Shown here: piece by piece, positions 1 to 9,043 of the stretch | Numbering within the stretch: position 1 is the first letter of the stretch | How the letters are laid out: every line of letters starts with the position of its first letter | Assembly: GCA_965203355.1 (NCBI GenBank) | Contig: OZ241889.1 | Span: forward strand, 864,001 to 928,000 | DNA: 64,000 nucleotides | Direction of reading: 5' to 3' | Source: Candidatus Latescibacterota bacterium | GTDB taxonomy: Bacteria; Latescibacterota; UBA2968; UBA8231 | Made by a program: the position numbers and the translations under genes | Notes under the pieces: generated by a model | What the model saw: the letters and a program-made list of their open reading frames with translations, nothing else | Told to the model about the DNA's origin: nothing | The model's database searches: none

Positions 1-2
1 TA

Positions 3-1823
3 CACACACTCAGATTAAATCCAGAAATCGTGAGCGAACTGATTCTGAGAAATCGCAAAAGCGAGGTTACTGACGCCGATGGTCAATTCATTTTTAAAGG
101 GCAAGACATACATCGGATTCCGGTGAAGCCATCAAGAGAAACGATCAAATTCCAGACATTACTGGACGGTTATCTACGACACGGTTATAGATCAGGAGAA
201 AGGGGAGGGAATACCGGTCGTGCCATCGGATTCGTTATGACAACATATCGAAAACTCGCCTCGTCTAGCATTGCAGCCATCGAACGCTCCCTCCAGTTGA
301 GGCTAGAAAAGTTATCTGGCGAATCGGATGAAGACAAAGCAAATAGTCGCGATAGAGAATTGACGCTAGACGACCTGTCCGAGGGAGGAGATGACCAAGA
401 CGATCTTGCAATGAGTATGTCGAGTACTGGGACTAGGGAATTTTTCGCTCACGAACGGGAGATGATCGAAGGCTTGCTTGAGGCAGCAAAGGTCGTGTAT
501 CAGAATGACGAGAAGCTACAAATATTTCTCAATAAAGTTGTTGCACCGCTTGTTGAGAAAGGCGAGAAGCTATTGGTCTTTACGGAATACCGGGGAACAC
601 AATCTTACCTCAAGGAAGCACTTGAGAATAAATTTCCCGAAGTAGGAGAGATTGAACTTATAAATGGCTCAATGGGATTGGACGAGAAACTAGAGGCCAT
701 TAGTGCTTTCAATGAGTCGGCGCAGTTTATGGTTTCAACGGAAGCTGGCGGCGAGGGCATCAATCTACATGAGTCGTGTCACGTGATGGTAAACTACGAT
801 CTACCATGGAATCCGTCTCGGTTGGTCCAGCGTATTGGCCGATTATACCGATATGGTCAAAAGGAGAAAGTCGTTGTCTTTAACCTACACGCCCGCGATA
901 GTTTCGATAACTCTGCGATTGATTTGATGCTTCAACGTATAACTAATATCGTGCAGGACATGGCGCCGGTAGGAGAAGAGTACAATGAAAGACTTGATGC
1001 CGAGATTTTAGGCGAAATTTTGGAGAATATGGACCTAGCCTCAATTCTGAGATCGGCAACGGACATGAACACCAAGCGCACACAAGAAGAGATCGATAAA
1101 GCACTGAAGCGAGCTCAAGAAGCTAAAAAATTGCAAGATGAGGTTTTTACTCACGTTGCAGGCTACGACCCGAACGCTTTAGGAGGTACTATTGGCTTTA
1201 CGATGCAGCACGTTGATCTATTCATTCGCAATATGTTGCCGATCGCTGGGATTGGCCTGCAAACGACTCTATACGATGGAGAAGTTTTGGAAATCCGCCT
1301 ACCCAAAGACCTGCAAGGCGAGTTCCCTGAATTTGGCCGACGAACGGTAGTGAGAGTCACAACGAATCGACGACTTTCGCACCGACTCCGAGATGTCGTG
1401 TTACTCGATTTTGAAACGCAGTTTTTTCAGCATTTGATCAAGTTGGCAAAATCACAAGAATTTGATGGTCTGTACGCTTCGGCCTTATCGAATGTAGGAG
1501 AGCCGGGGATACTTGCCGCATTTAAGCTGCGCTGGCAGAATGATCAAGGAAAGGCATTGACTGAGGAGTTCGTCCCACTGTTTGCTACCGCTGATGGGAA
1601 GGTTTCAGAGAATCCACCATTCCTTGCCGAGTGGCTAATGTCTCAGATTAAGTCTGTGCCGGTGCCCAACTCTGACAGGGCAATTCGCGGTGAGGCTTAC
1701 AATGGTCTGATAGAGGAGGCTGACAGGATCCTTGATTCCAAAAGTACGCGATTCAAATATCCAAACGGCCGGGTAGATCTCGCAGCGGCGGATTGCAGGC
1801 CACGAAAGAGTAACATTGATTAG
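3..1823 (+). CDS. SNF2-family helicase, C-terminal part (5' end outside the window)
   Basis: The frame is open back to the window edge. Helicase_C motifs: LVFTEYRGT, STEAGGEGINL, NYDLPWNPSRLVQRIGRLYRYGQ. Lower GC than the next gene. Confidence 0.88.
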   Translation, partial: HTLRLNPEIVSELILRNRKSEVTDADGQFIFKGQDIHRIPVKPSRETIKFQTLLDGYLRHGYRSGERGGNTGRAIGFVMTTYRKLASSSIAAIERSLQLRLEKLSGESDEDKANSRDRELTLDDLSEGGDDQDDLAMSMSSTGTREFFAHEREMIEGLLEAAKVVYQNDEKLQIFLNKVVAPLVEKGEKLLVFTEYRGTQSYLKEALENKFPEVGEIELINGSMGLDEKLEAISAFNESAQFMVSTEAGGEGINLHESCHVMVNYDLPWNPSRLVQRIGRLYRYGQKEKVVVFNLHARDSFDNSAIDLMLQRITNIVQDMAPVGEEYNERLDAEILGEILENMDLASILRSATDMNTKRTQEEIDKALKRAQEAKKLQDEVFTHVAGYDPNALGGTIGFTMQHVDLFIRNMLPIAGIGLQTTLYDGEVLEIRLPKDLQGEFPEFGRRTVVRVTTNRRLSHRLRDVVLLDFETQFFQHLIKLAKSQEFDGLYASALSNVGEPGILAAFKLRWQNDQGKALTEEFVPLFATADGKVSENPPFLAEWLMSQIKSVPVPNSDRAIRGEAYNGLIEEADRILDSKSTRFKYPNGRVDLAAADCRPRKSNID

Positions 1824-1892
1824 ATCATTATGAAATTGTGCATTGTACAGATCGAATCCGATCACCCAACCCCCTGAACGCCGGAGGATTCC

Positions 1893-3437
1893 ATGGCCCC
1901 CCCCGATTACACGTCAAAGGTCCCCTACCACACCTTCCCCGACACCTTGGCCGAACAAGAGGAAGAACTGGCCGCCAATCCGCTGATGCAGCGCCTGCTC
2001 GAAGCGCGCCGCTCGTACGCCGGCGATCCGCATCGTCCCATCTACCACTACATCAACCCCGAGGCCAATCTCAACGACCCCAACGGGCTTTGCTGCTGGC
2101 AGGGCCGCTACCATCTCTTCTACCAAGCCTATCCACCGGAGGATACCCGCCAGCACTGGGGCCACGCCATAAGCGACGACCTCGTCCACTGGCGCGACCT
2201 GCCGTACTGCATTTATCCGCACCCAGAGCGCTGCTGTTTTTCAGGGGCCACGCTGGTCGAAGAAGACCGCGTCATTGCCATGTACCACGGCACCGAGGTC
2301 GGCAACATGGTCGCCACTTCGGCGGACCCGCTCCTGCTCAACTGGAAAAAGGTCGCCAACAAGGCCGTGATCCCCATTCAGCCCGGCCAGCCCTACCGAG
2401 TCTTCGACCCCTGCATCTGGAAGCAAGGCGACGCGTACTACTCGCTGTCGGCGGGCACCAAACCCGAAGGTCCGGCCAACAAGCCCGTCCGCGCCAACTT
2501 TCTCTTCAGGTCGAGCGATCTCGAACACTGGGAGTACCTCCACCCTTTTGTCGAGGACGATGGATACACGCTAGTCGGCGACGACGGAGCCTGCCCCTAC
2601 TTCTGGCCGATCGGCGACCGCCACATCCTCCTCTTCTTCAGCCATAGAAGCGGCGGCCAGTACCTGCTTGGCGACTACGACACTGAGCGCGACAAGTTCG
2701 TCGTAACCTATGGGGCCAAGTTCAACTTTGGCGCGGCCGGGCCGTCGGGCGTCCACGCTCCCTCGGCGACCCCCGATGGCCAGGGCGGCGTCTTGGTCCT
2801 CTTCAACATGAACCCCGGCAAGCCGACTAAGAACTGGAACCAGATTATGACCTTGCCTCGCCGACTGACTGGGGTCGGCGACGCTTTGGCCATGGAGCCG
2901 GCCGGCGACCTTGAGTCGCTCCGGCGCGACCACCAGCACATCGGCAAAACCACTCTCCCCGCCAACAAAGAACTCGTCCTCGATGAAGTCCGGGGCAATG
3001 CCATGGAAATCGTCGTCGAGCTGGATCCCCAAGACGCGCCCATGGTCGAACTCAATGTCCTGCGCGCGCCCGGCAAGGAGGAGCACACGCGCATCGCCTT
3101 TTTCAAAAACCGGGGCTTCAGCAACCGCGTCTTTGGCAGCGACCGCCACCAGAGCCTAATCTCGCTCGACACCTCGTATGCTTCGGTCGCGCCCGATGTC
3201 CTCTCTCGCGCTCCAGAAACCGCCCCGGTCATCCTCGCCCCAGGCGAGACGCTCAAGCTGCGGGTTTTTGTCGATAAGAGCGTCGTCGAAGTTTTTGCCA
3301 ATGGCCAGCAATGCGTGGCCGCCCGGGTCTATCCCGACCGCGCCGACAGCCTTGGGGTCTCGTTGCGCGCACAGGGCCAGCGCGCCGAATTGGTCTCGCT
3401 CGACGCCTATCAGATGCAGAACATCTACGCTCAATAG
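1893..3437 (+). CDS. Glycoside hydrolase family 32 protein (beta-fructofuranosidase-like), atypical catalytic motifs
   Basis: NDPNG, WGHA-S-DLVHW and FSG motifs; C-terminal LRVFVDKSVVEVFANG beta-sandwich; GGAGG RBS upstream. Confidence 0.9.
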   Translation: MAPPDYTSKVPYHTFPDTLAEQEEELAANPLMQRLLEARRSYAGDPHRPIYHYINPEANLNDPNGLCCWQGRYHLFYQAYPPEDTRQHWGHAISDDLVHWRDLPYCIYPHPERCCFSGATLVEEDRVIAMYHGTEVGNMVATSADPLLLNWKKVANKAVIPIQPGQPYRVFDPCIWKQGDAYYSLSAGTKPEGPANKPVRANFLFRSSDLEHWEYLHPFVEDDGYTLVGDDGACPYFWPIGDRHILLFFSHRSGGQYLLGDYDTERDKFVVTYGAKFNFGAAGPSGVHAPSATPDGQGGVLVLFNMNPGKPTKNWNQIMTLPRRLTGVGDALAMEPAGDLESLRRDHQHIGKTTLPANKELVLDEVRGNAMEIVVELDPQDAPMVELNVLRAPGKEEHTRIAFFKNRGFSNRVFGSDRHQSLISLDTSYASVAPDVLSRAPETAPVILAPGETLKLRVFVDKSVVEVFANGQQCVAARVYPDRADSLGVSLRAQGQRAELVSLDAYQMQNIYAQ

Positions 3438-3450
3438 AAAGGAGCACACC

Positions 3451-4185
3451 ATGAACGAAGAAGAAAAATTCGCCTTTGACCTAGCGGGTTATCTGGTCAT
3501 CAAAGACGTCCTCAGCCCGCCGGAACTGGACGATCTCAACGCGCTGGTCGCCCGGCACATCGACGGCTGGGATAACCACCCTCGCAACGATTTGAACAAA
3601 GTCAGTAGCTGGAGCCAAGCCACCAAAAGCCTGATTGACCATCCCAAAATCCTGCCCTACTTAATCGAACTCATCGGCCCCAAGGTCCGCATTGACCACG
3701 ACTACGCCATTATCATGAATCGCGGGGACTCCCGCGGCGGTCTCCACGGCGGTCCGAGCCAAGACACCGACCACTGGTTCAGTTACCGCGACGGCCAGAT
3801 GCGCAATGGCCTGAGCGTGGTGACCTTTTTTCTCGCCGATGCCAATGAGGGCGACGGCGGCTTTGCCTGTGTGCCGGGCAGCCACAAAACCAATTATCCC
3901 CGCAATCTGCCCCAAGATGTCAGGCATTTCGAGCGCGACGCGCATTACGTGGTCCAACCGACGGCTAAGGCCGGGGACGCGCTGTTTTTTACCGAGGCCC
4001 TCATCCACGGCACCATGCCGTGGTGCGCCGAGCATCAACGCCGCACCTTGCTCTACAAGTACAGCCCCGGCTACTCAACGTGGGCCAAGGAGTTTTACAA
4101 CCTCGAGGAGTACGGCGCGCTGACCGAACGACAGAAGCGCATCATGGCCCCCCCTTCGATGCACGACCACCCCGAGATCGTTTAG
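3451..4185 (+). CDS. Phytanoyl-CoA dioxygenase (PhyH)-family Fe(II)/2OG enzyme
   Basis: ATG at 3451 after AAGGAG. Motifs FDLAGYLVI, GGF-CVPGSHK, KAGDALFFTEALIHG, RR-LLYKY. Confidence 0.88.
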   Translation: MNEEEKFAFDLAGYLVIKDVLSPPELDDLNALVARHIDGWDNHPRNDLNKVSSWSQATKSLIDHPKILPYLIELIGPKVRIDHDYAIIMNRGDSRGGLHGGPSQDTDHWFSYRDGQMRNGLSVVTFFLADANEGDGGFACVPGSHKTNYPRNLPQDVRHFERDAHYVVQPTAKAGDALFFTEALIHGTMPWCAEHQRRTLLYKYSPGYSTWAKEFYNLEEYGALTERQKRIMAPPSMHDHPEIV

Positions 4186-4205
4186 GTCAGGAGCGCATCC
4201 ATGCT

Positions 4206-4614
4206 ATGTCCGCCCGCTTGCTAAGCGAAAAGAAAGCCTTTGTCACCGGCGGCGTCCTTGCGTTAGCTGTATTACCGGGGCGTCCCCGAAAACAACTACG
4301 CCGAACTGTTCTACGACTTTATCCCCGCGTGGATCGCGCCGCAGGACTTAGAGGCCGTCAAGATACTACGCTATCCGATGGTTCAGCTACCGCAGAGTAT
4401 GATCGAGAAGGACGCTGGCGCGTGTGTGGCTTCTTTCTTTAAGGACCAGCGGATGTGGTTGGGGTTTGCCGTGCCGTTCATCTTGCTCAGTCTCAACGCC
4501 CTCAACCAATACTTCCCGTTCGTACCCGGTCCGGTTTTCCTTCTTAAAACATACCTTTGTTTGGCAGATCGAATCGCGTACTTCGCCGATGGGTACTGGC
4601 TGACGAATATGTGA
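4206..4614 (+). pseudogene. Mosaic remnant: SDR N-terminus joined to collapsed pieces of a DUF6785-like membrane protein
   Basis: MSARLLSEKKAFVTGG (Rossmann start), then in another frame ENNYAELFYDFIPAWIAPQD / YPMVQLPQSMIE / FFKDQRMWLGFAVP / GYWLTNM*. Confidence 0.6.
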
Positions 4615-4747
4615 TATTTTGCGCGGATGCACCGCGGTAATGTCATTGTTTGTCAGGTGTCTGGAGCTTTGCTTTGGATAGTCCGATTATTTATAATTTG
4701 AGAACACTGAGATCGTTATAGTACATCGGCGTAAATAGGTTCACAAA

Positions 4748-5934
4748 ATGTCTACGATTACGTCACGACCCAAGATACAACGCTACCATTCGCTTGACTG
4801 CTTGCGAGCCGTCATGATGTTACTGGGTTTGGTTTTTCATTCTTCATTGCATTATTTTCCGGTTCCATACCTCAGGAATCAGATTTATTTGGACACAAAG
4901 ACGAGTGTTTACTTTCAGCACATATTTAGTTTCATCCACAGCTTCCGTATGCCAGCCTTTTTCTTGATTGCCGGGTTCTTCGCGGCCTTTCTGTGCGACA
5001 CGCGCGGGACAAGGACGTTCTTGAAACACCGCCTAAACCGCATAGGTATCCCACTCGCCTGTTTCATGCCCATTCTAACTCCGATAGTCGGTTTATGCGT
5101 ATACTATGCACAACTTTTCACGGTCGGCCCCTTATTTCCCGACCCCAGTTTCAGCTCGATATTTAATGGCCTGTTTATGCATCTCTGGTTCCTGTACCAT
5201 TTGCTAATTCTCTCTGTTGTTGCCGTCCCTGTCAGGAGTCTCATCCGTCGTCTGCGTGCGGATTTACGCGACCGCATACTCAACACCTTCGCACGAATGC
5301 TCTGCCGTCCTTATGGTCTAGTTCTACTAGCCGCAATAAGCGGTTTGACGCTATACCGCATGAAGTATTGGACACTTGACTATACAGGTTCTCCTCTCCC
5401 GCCCCTGCATATTTTAGCTACATACGCAGTATTTTTTATTGTTGGGTGGCTAATTTTCAAACGCCGCGAAGTTCTCGAGGGTTTTAAATCGCGTGCTTGG
5501 GAACATTTTGTCATTGGCCTTGTGTGCCATGGGCTATACCAGTTCTTTTATTTTCAAGGGTATGGAGATGATACCGCAGTTCGCGCTCATGTCCTAGCAA
5601 TGGCCTGTCTGGCCCTGTCGATATGGGCGTTGATTTATGGCTTCCTCGGGTTGTTCTTGCGTTATCTCGACAAACCGAGCCGCTACTGGCGCTACGTGTC
5701 TGACGCTTCGTACTGGATGTATATCATTCATTTTCCAGTAACCATCGCCTTGCCGCCCTCTTTACAGACCTTCCCCTTCCCTCAGGCATCAAGTTCAGCC
5801 TCACACTCATTGGGACAACGGCCATCACGCTGGTCACGTACCATTATTGGGTTCGCGGAACCTTTATCGGCGAAAGGCTCAACGGACGACGCTATCCGAG
5901 GGTGGTGCCGTGGCGAGAAGTCCCTACCACCTGA
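4748..5934 (+). pseudogene. Acyltransferase-3 (OpgC/MdoC-like) membrane acyltransferase with a -1 frameshift near 5758
   Basis: RYHSLD-LRA, HSFRMPAFF-IAGFF, HLWFLYHL and DASYWMYIIHFP motifs. The family-like C-terminus (KFSLT...TYHYWVRGTFIGERLNGRRYPR) is in the -1 frame and stops at 5932-5934. Confidence 0.8.
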
Positions 5935-6335
5935 ATCTGTCGCTGATCAAGTGGGCTGGTGCCCACGGCTGGCCGTACATCGGCCCGACCATTCTCGACC
6001 AGCCCGAAGCCAACATGCGCGGTTGGCTCTTTAAGGGGATTGGCGCGGCCGTGGAGGGCTTTTTAATGTGGGCGCAGCACCGATGGTTTTGGTGGCCTTT
6101 TCACCCGATCGGCTTTGCCATTGCCGTGGGCTGGCTGACGAGTCAGATCTGGTTCTCGGCGCTGATCGCTTGGCTTCTGAAACTGGTCATCCTGCGCTTT
6201 GGCGGGGTGCGTTTGTTTCAGAATGCCAAGCCGTTTTTTCTGGGGTTGATTTTGGGCGAGGTGTCCGTGTCGGGCGTGTGGGGCGCGATCTATGCGATGA
6301 CCGCGGAAAAGGGGCGCTGGCTGACGAATATGTGA
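5925..6335 (+). pseudogene. 3' fragment of a DUF6785/DUF6784-like membrane protein
   Basis: WWPFHPIGF, AWLLKLVILRFGG, KPFFLGLILGE. No credible start; about 135 codons only. Confidence 0.7.
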
Positions 6336-6424
6336 TTTGTGGTTTTATACGGATGCGGCGCGGCTCGTTCGCGCTGGCTACCGAAACGCATTGGGTCGCA
6401 CAGACCGCTAAACGGAGCGACGCT

Positions 6425-6715
6425 TCACATCGCTCCGATTGCGGTGGCCCGCTCTCGGCGCGCCTGGGCAAGTTCATAGCTCGCCTGCATCCGCATCCAG
6501 TGCTCGGCGGTGCCCCAGCCGATGTGCTCCAATGCCAGTGCCATGTTTGCGGACACGCCGGCTTTGCCGTTCAGGAGGCGCGAAATCGTCCCGCGTTCGC
6601 AGCCGAGGTGGGCCGCTGTCTCGGTGACGTTCCAGCCGACCTCTTCCATGTTTTCGCGGATCAGTTCTCCTAGGTGCGGTGGGTTCAGCATGGGTCCAAT
6701 TCGTTCGCTGCTCAT
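6425..6715 (-). CDS. higA: HigA-family antitoxin (HTH)
   Basis: PPHLGELIRE...TISRLLNGKAGVSANMALAL...HWMRMQASYEL; lies downstream of the toxin. Confidence 0.92.
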   Translation of the reverse strand: MSSERIGPMLNPPHLGELIRENMEEVGWNVTETAAHLGCERGTISRLLNGKAGVSANMALALEHIGWGTAEHWMRMQASYELAQARRERATAIGAM

Positions 6716-6734
6716 AGTCGCTCTTCCTTTCCAA

Positions 6735-7007
6735 TCAGTGATAGTCGATTAGGTCCACATCTACGGCCTCGCCGTCCTCGAAGCGGAACACCACGCGCCA
6801 GTTGCTGGATACGCGCACACTCCACTTGCCTACCTGATCCCCCTTCAACGGATGTAGCCGGAAGCCTGGCGAGTCTGCGCTGCCGGGATGTGTTGCCTCT
6901 TGCAGCCGAAACAGGATGCGCCGGAGACGTGGTACCAAGCCTGCTGGCAGCCGTGCCGGGTCGTCCCACTCGTGCAGTGCCCGCAGTCCTTTGTGTCTAA
7001 TCTTCAT
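6735..7007 (-). CDS. higB: HigB-family (RelE/ParE superfamily) toxin
   Basis: IRHKGL...PGFRLHPLKGD...WSVRVSSNWRVVFRF...DLIDYH. Confidence 0.92.
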   Translation of the reverse strand: MKIRHKGLRALHEWDDPARLPAGLVPRLRRILFRLQEATHPGSADSPGFRLHPLKGDQVGKWSVRVSSNWRVVFRFEDGEAVDVDLIDYH

Positions 7008-7015
7008 GGACCTTG

Positions 7016-7044
7016 AATGTGGCGCACAGCGTTACACGCCGCAA
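7016..7044 (-). promoter_or_regulatory. Putative higBA promoter with overlapping imperfect operator palindrome
   Basis: TTGCGG-N17-CACATT on the minus strand; TGTAACGC-TGT-GCGCCACA inverted repeat (6/8) overlapping the spacer and -10. Confidence 0.45.
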
Positions 7045-7229
7045 GTAGGCGATTTGGAGTGCTGCGGTTAGAAGCAGGCGACAGCAGGTCTAGTGTCGTC
7101 ATTTTATCTCTACACTGCTTGGCCGTCTAATTGGGAATAGTTTTTGAATGGGCGCACACATCTCTATATCTTTTTAAATTATTCCGGCAGCGTTGCCGAC
7201 GTGCAGAAATTTCAAAGAAAGGTACGCCC

Positions 7230-9014
7230 ATGAGAACCTTTTCGAGACTTCTATGCCTTTGCCTCGTCTGCGCCGCGTTTACCGCGACTGGCGTTTGGGC
7301 TGAGCCCCCTGCCGACGATGGGGAGGTCGGCAGCCGGAAAATGCCTACGCCAGGTATGGGTGCTATTGTGGAGAGTTCGCCTAGTCTTACGCTACAGGCC
7401 ATGCAGGCGGAATTGACCCGCTCCTTCAGTCTGCTCCAAGAGCAGCCGGTCCCGCCCTACTACCTCAGCTACGAAATCACCGAGACCGAGGCGGTCCACG
7501 TTGGAGCTTCCTTTGGCGCACTGACCTACAGCAACAAATCGCGTCGTCGCCAGCTCGACATTGATCTGCGCGTAGGGGACTATGCTTTTGACAATACGCA
7601 TCAGGTGCGCGGCGTTCCTAGCGATTTCTCCGAACATTATTCAATGATCGAAGTTCCCATTGAGGACGATCCAGACGCCATCCGCAGCGTACTCTGGTAT
7701 CACACGGACAAAAAATACAAGCGCGCCATCGAACAACTGACTACGGTCAAGACCAACGTCCAAGTCAAGGTGGAAGAGGAAGACCAGTCGGACGATTTCT
7801 CCAAAGAGCCAGTCGAGCGCTACGTGGAAGCCCTCGCCTCCTTTGACATCTCCCCCGCCGAATGGGAGACCAAACTCAAAAAATACACAGCGCCCTTCGC
7901 CCCATACGGCGACATTTACGAAGCCGACGCCATGCTCTCGGCCCATGTCTTGACTCGCCAGTACGTCAACAGCGAGGGCAGCGAAATCCAGACCTCGCAG
8001 GTGCTCTATCGCCTGTTCATCTACGCCTTCACCAAGGCCGACGACGGCATGGAACTGCCGCGCTACGAATCCTTCTCGGCCTTTGCCCCGGAGGGCTTGC
8101 CCAGCGACGATGCGGTTCTCGTCTTGGTGGATCGCATGATCGACGACTTGGACGCCCTGCGCACGGCCCCGATAGTGGCTCCCTACACCGGTCCGGCGAT
8201 TCTCTCGGGCCGCGCCAGCGGCGTTCTGTTCCACGAAATTTTCGGCCACCGCATCGAGGGCCACCGCCAGAAGCGCGAGGACGATGGCCAGACCTTTAAG
8301 AAAAAAGTAGGCGAGCAAGTTCTACCCGAGACCTTCTCGGTTTACTTCGATCCCACCCAGACGAGCAGTGCCGACAAGGATCTGGTGGGAGCCTATGCGT
8401 ACGACAATCAAGGGGTTAAAGGGCAACGGGTGGCGGTCATCGAGAACGGGGTTTTCCGCCGTTTCCTCATGTCGCGTTCGCCGATTGAGAATTTCCCCAA
8501 CTCCAACGGCCACGGACGCAAGGAGCCGGGCTACACCCCGGTGGCGCGCCAGTCCAACCTCATCGTCGAGACTTCGGAGCCGCTGCCCCGAGATCAGCTC
8601 AAAGAAATGCTCATTGAACAGTGCCGCATGGAGGACAAGGAGTTCGGGCTCTACTTTGAGGACATCCAAGGGGGCTTCACCATCACGGGCCGCACCATAC
8701 CCAACGCCTTCAACGTGCTGCCCATCATGGTGTACCGCATTTACACCGATGGACGCGAAGAACTGGTGCGCGGCGTTGACCTGATCGGCACGCCGCTCAT
8801 CGCCTTCAGTCAGATCGCCGCGGCTGACGATCAGCCCGACGTGTTCAACGGCATCTGCGGTGCCGAGTCGGGAGGCGTACCCGTGTCGGCGGTCTCGCCT
8901 GGCATTTTCATCTCGCAGATTGAAGTGCAGAAGAAGGAGAAATCCCAAGAGCGCCGACCCATCCTCGAAGCCCCTTTTTCCGAGTCGGCTGAAGAAGCCG
9001 ACGGCCTCCTTTGA
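7230..9014 (+). CDS. TldD-like metallopeptidase with N-terminal signal peptide
   Basis: HEIFGH zinc motif, YDNQGV, SNGHGR, RQSNL, CGAESG-VPVS. Hydrophobic leader ending VWA. ATG at 7230 after AAAGG. Confidence 0.88.
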   Translation: MRTFSRLLCLCLVCAAFTATGVWAEPPADDGEVGSRKMPTPGMGAIVESSPSLTLQAMQAELTRSFSLLQEQPVPPYYLSYEITETEAVHVGASFGALTYSNKSRRRQLDIDLRVGDYAFDNTHQVRGVPSDFSEHYSMIEVPIEDDPDAIRSVLWYHTDKKYKRAIEQLTTVKTNVQVKVEEEDQSDDFSKEPVERYVEALASFDISPAEWETKLKKYTAPFAPYGDIYEADAMLSAHVLTRQYVNSEGSEIQTSQVLYRLFIYAFTKADDGMELPRYESFSAFAPEGLPSDDAVLVLVDRMIDDLDALRTAPIVAPYTGPAILSGRASGVLFHEIFGHRIEGHRQKREDDGQTFKKKVGEQVLPETFSVYFDPTQTSSADKDLVGAYAYDNQGVKGQRVAVIENGVFRRFLMSRSPIENFPNSNGHGRKEPGYTPVARQSNLIVETSEPLPRDQLKEMLIEQCRMEDKEFGLYFEDIQGGFTITGRTIPNAFNVLPIMVYRIYTDGREELVRGVDLIGTPLIAFSQIAAADDQPDVFNGICGAESGGVPVSAVSPGIFISQIEVQKKEKSQERRPILEAPFSESAEEADGLL

Positions 9015-9043
9015 GTCCTCTCCCATCTGGCAGGAGCTATCCC

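Larger units (their letters stand above)
4596..6336 (+). repeat. 20-bp exact direct repeat CTGGCTGACGAATATGTGAT (4596-4615 and 6317-6336), encoding WLTNM*
   Basis: Read directly from the sequence. Confidence 0.92.
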
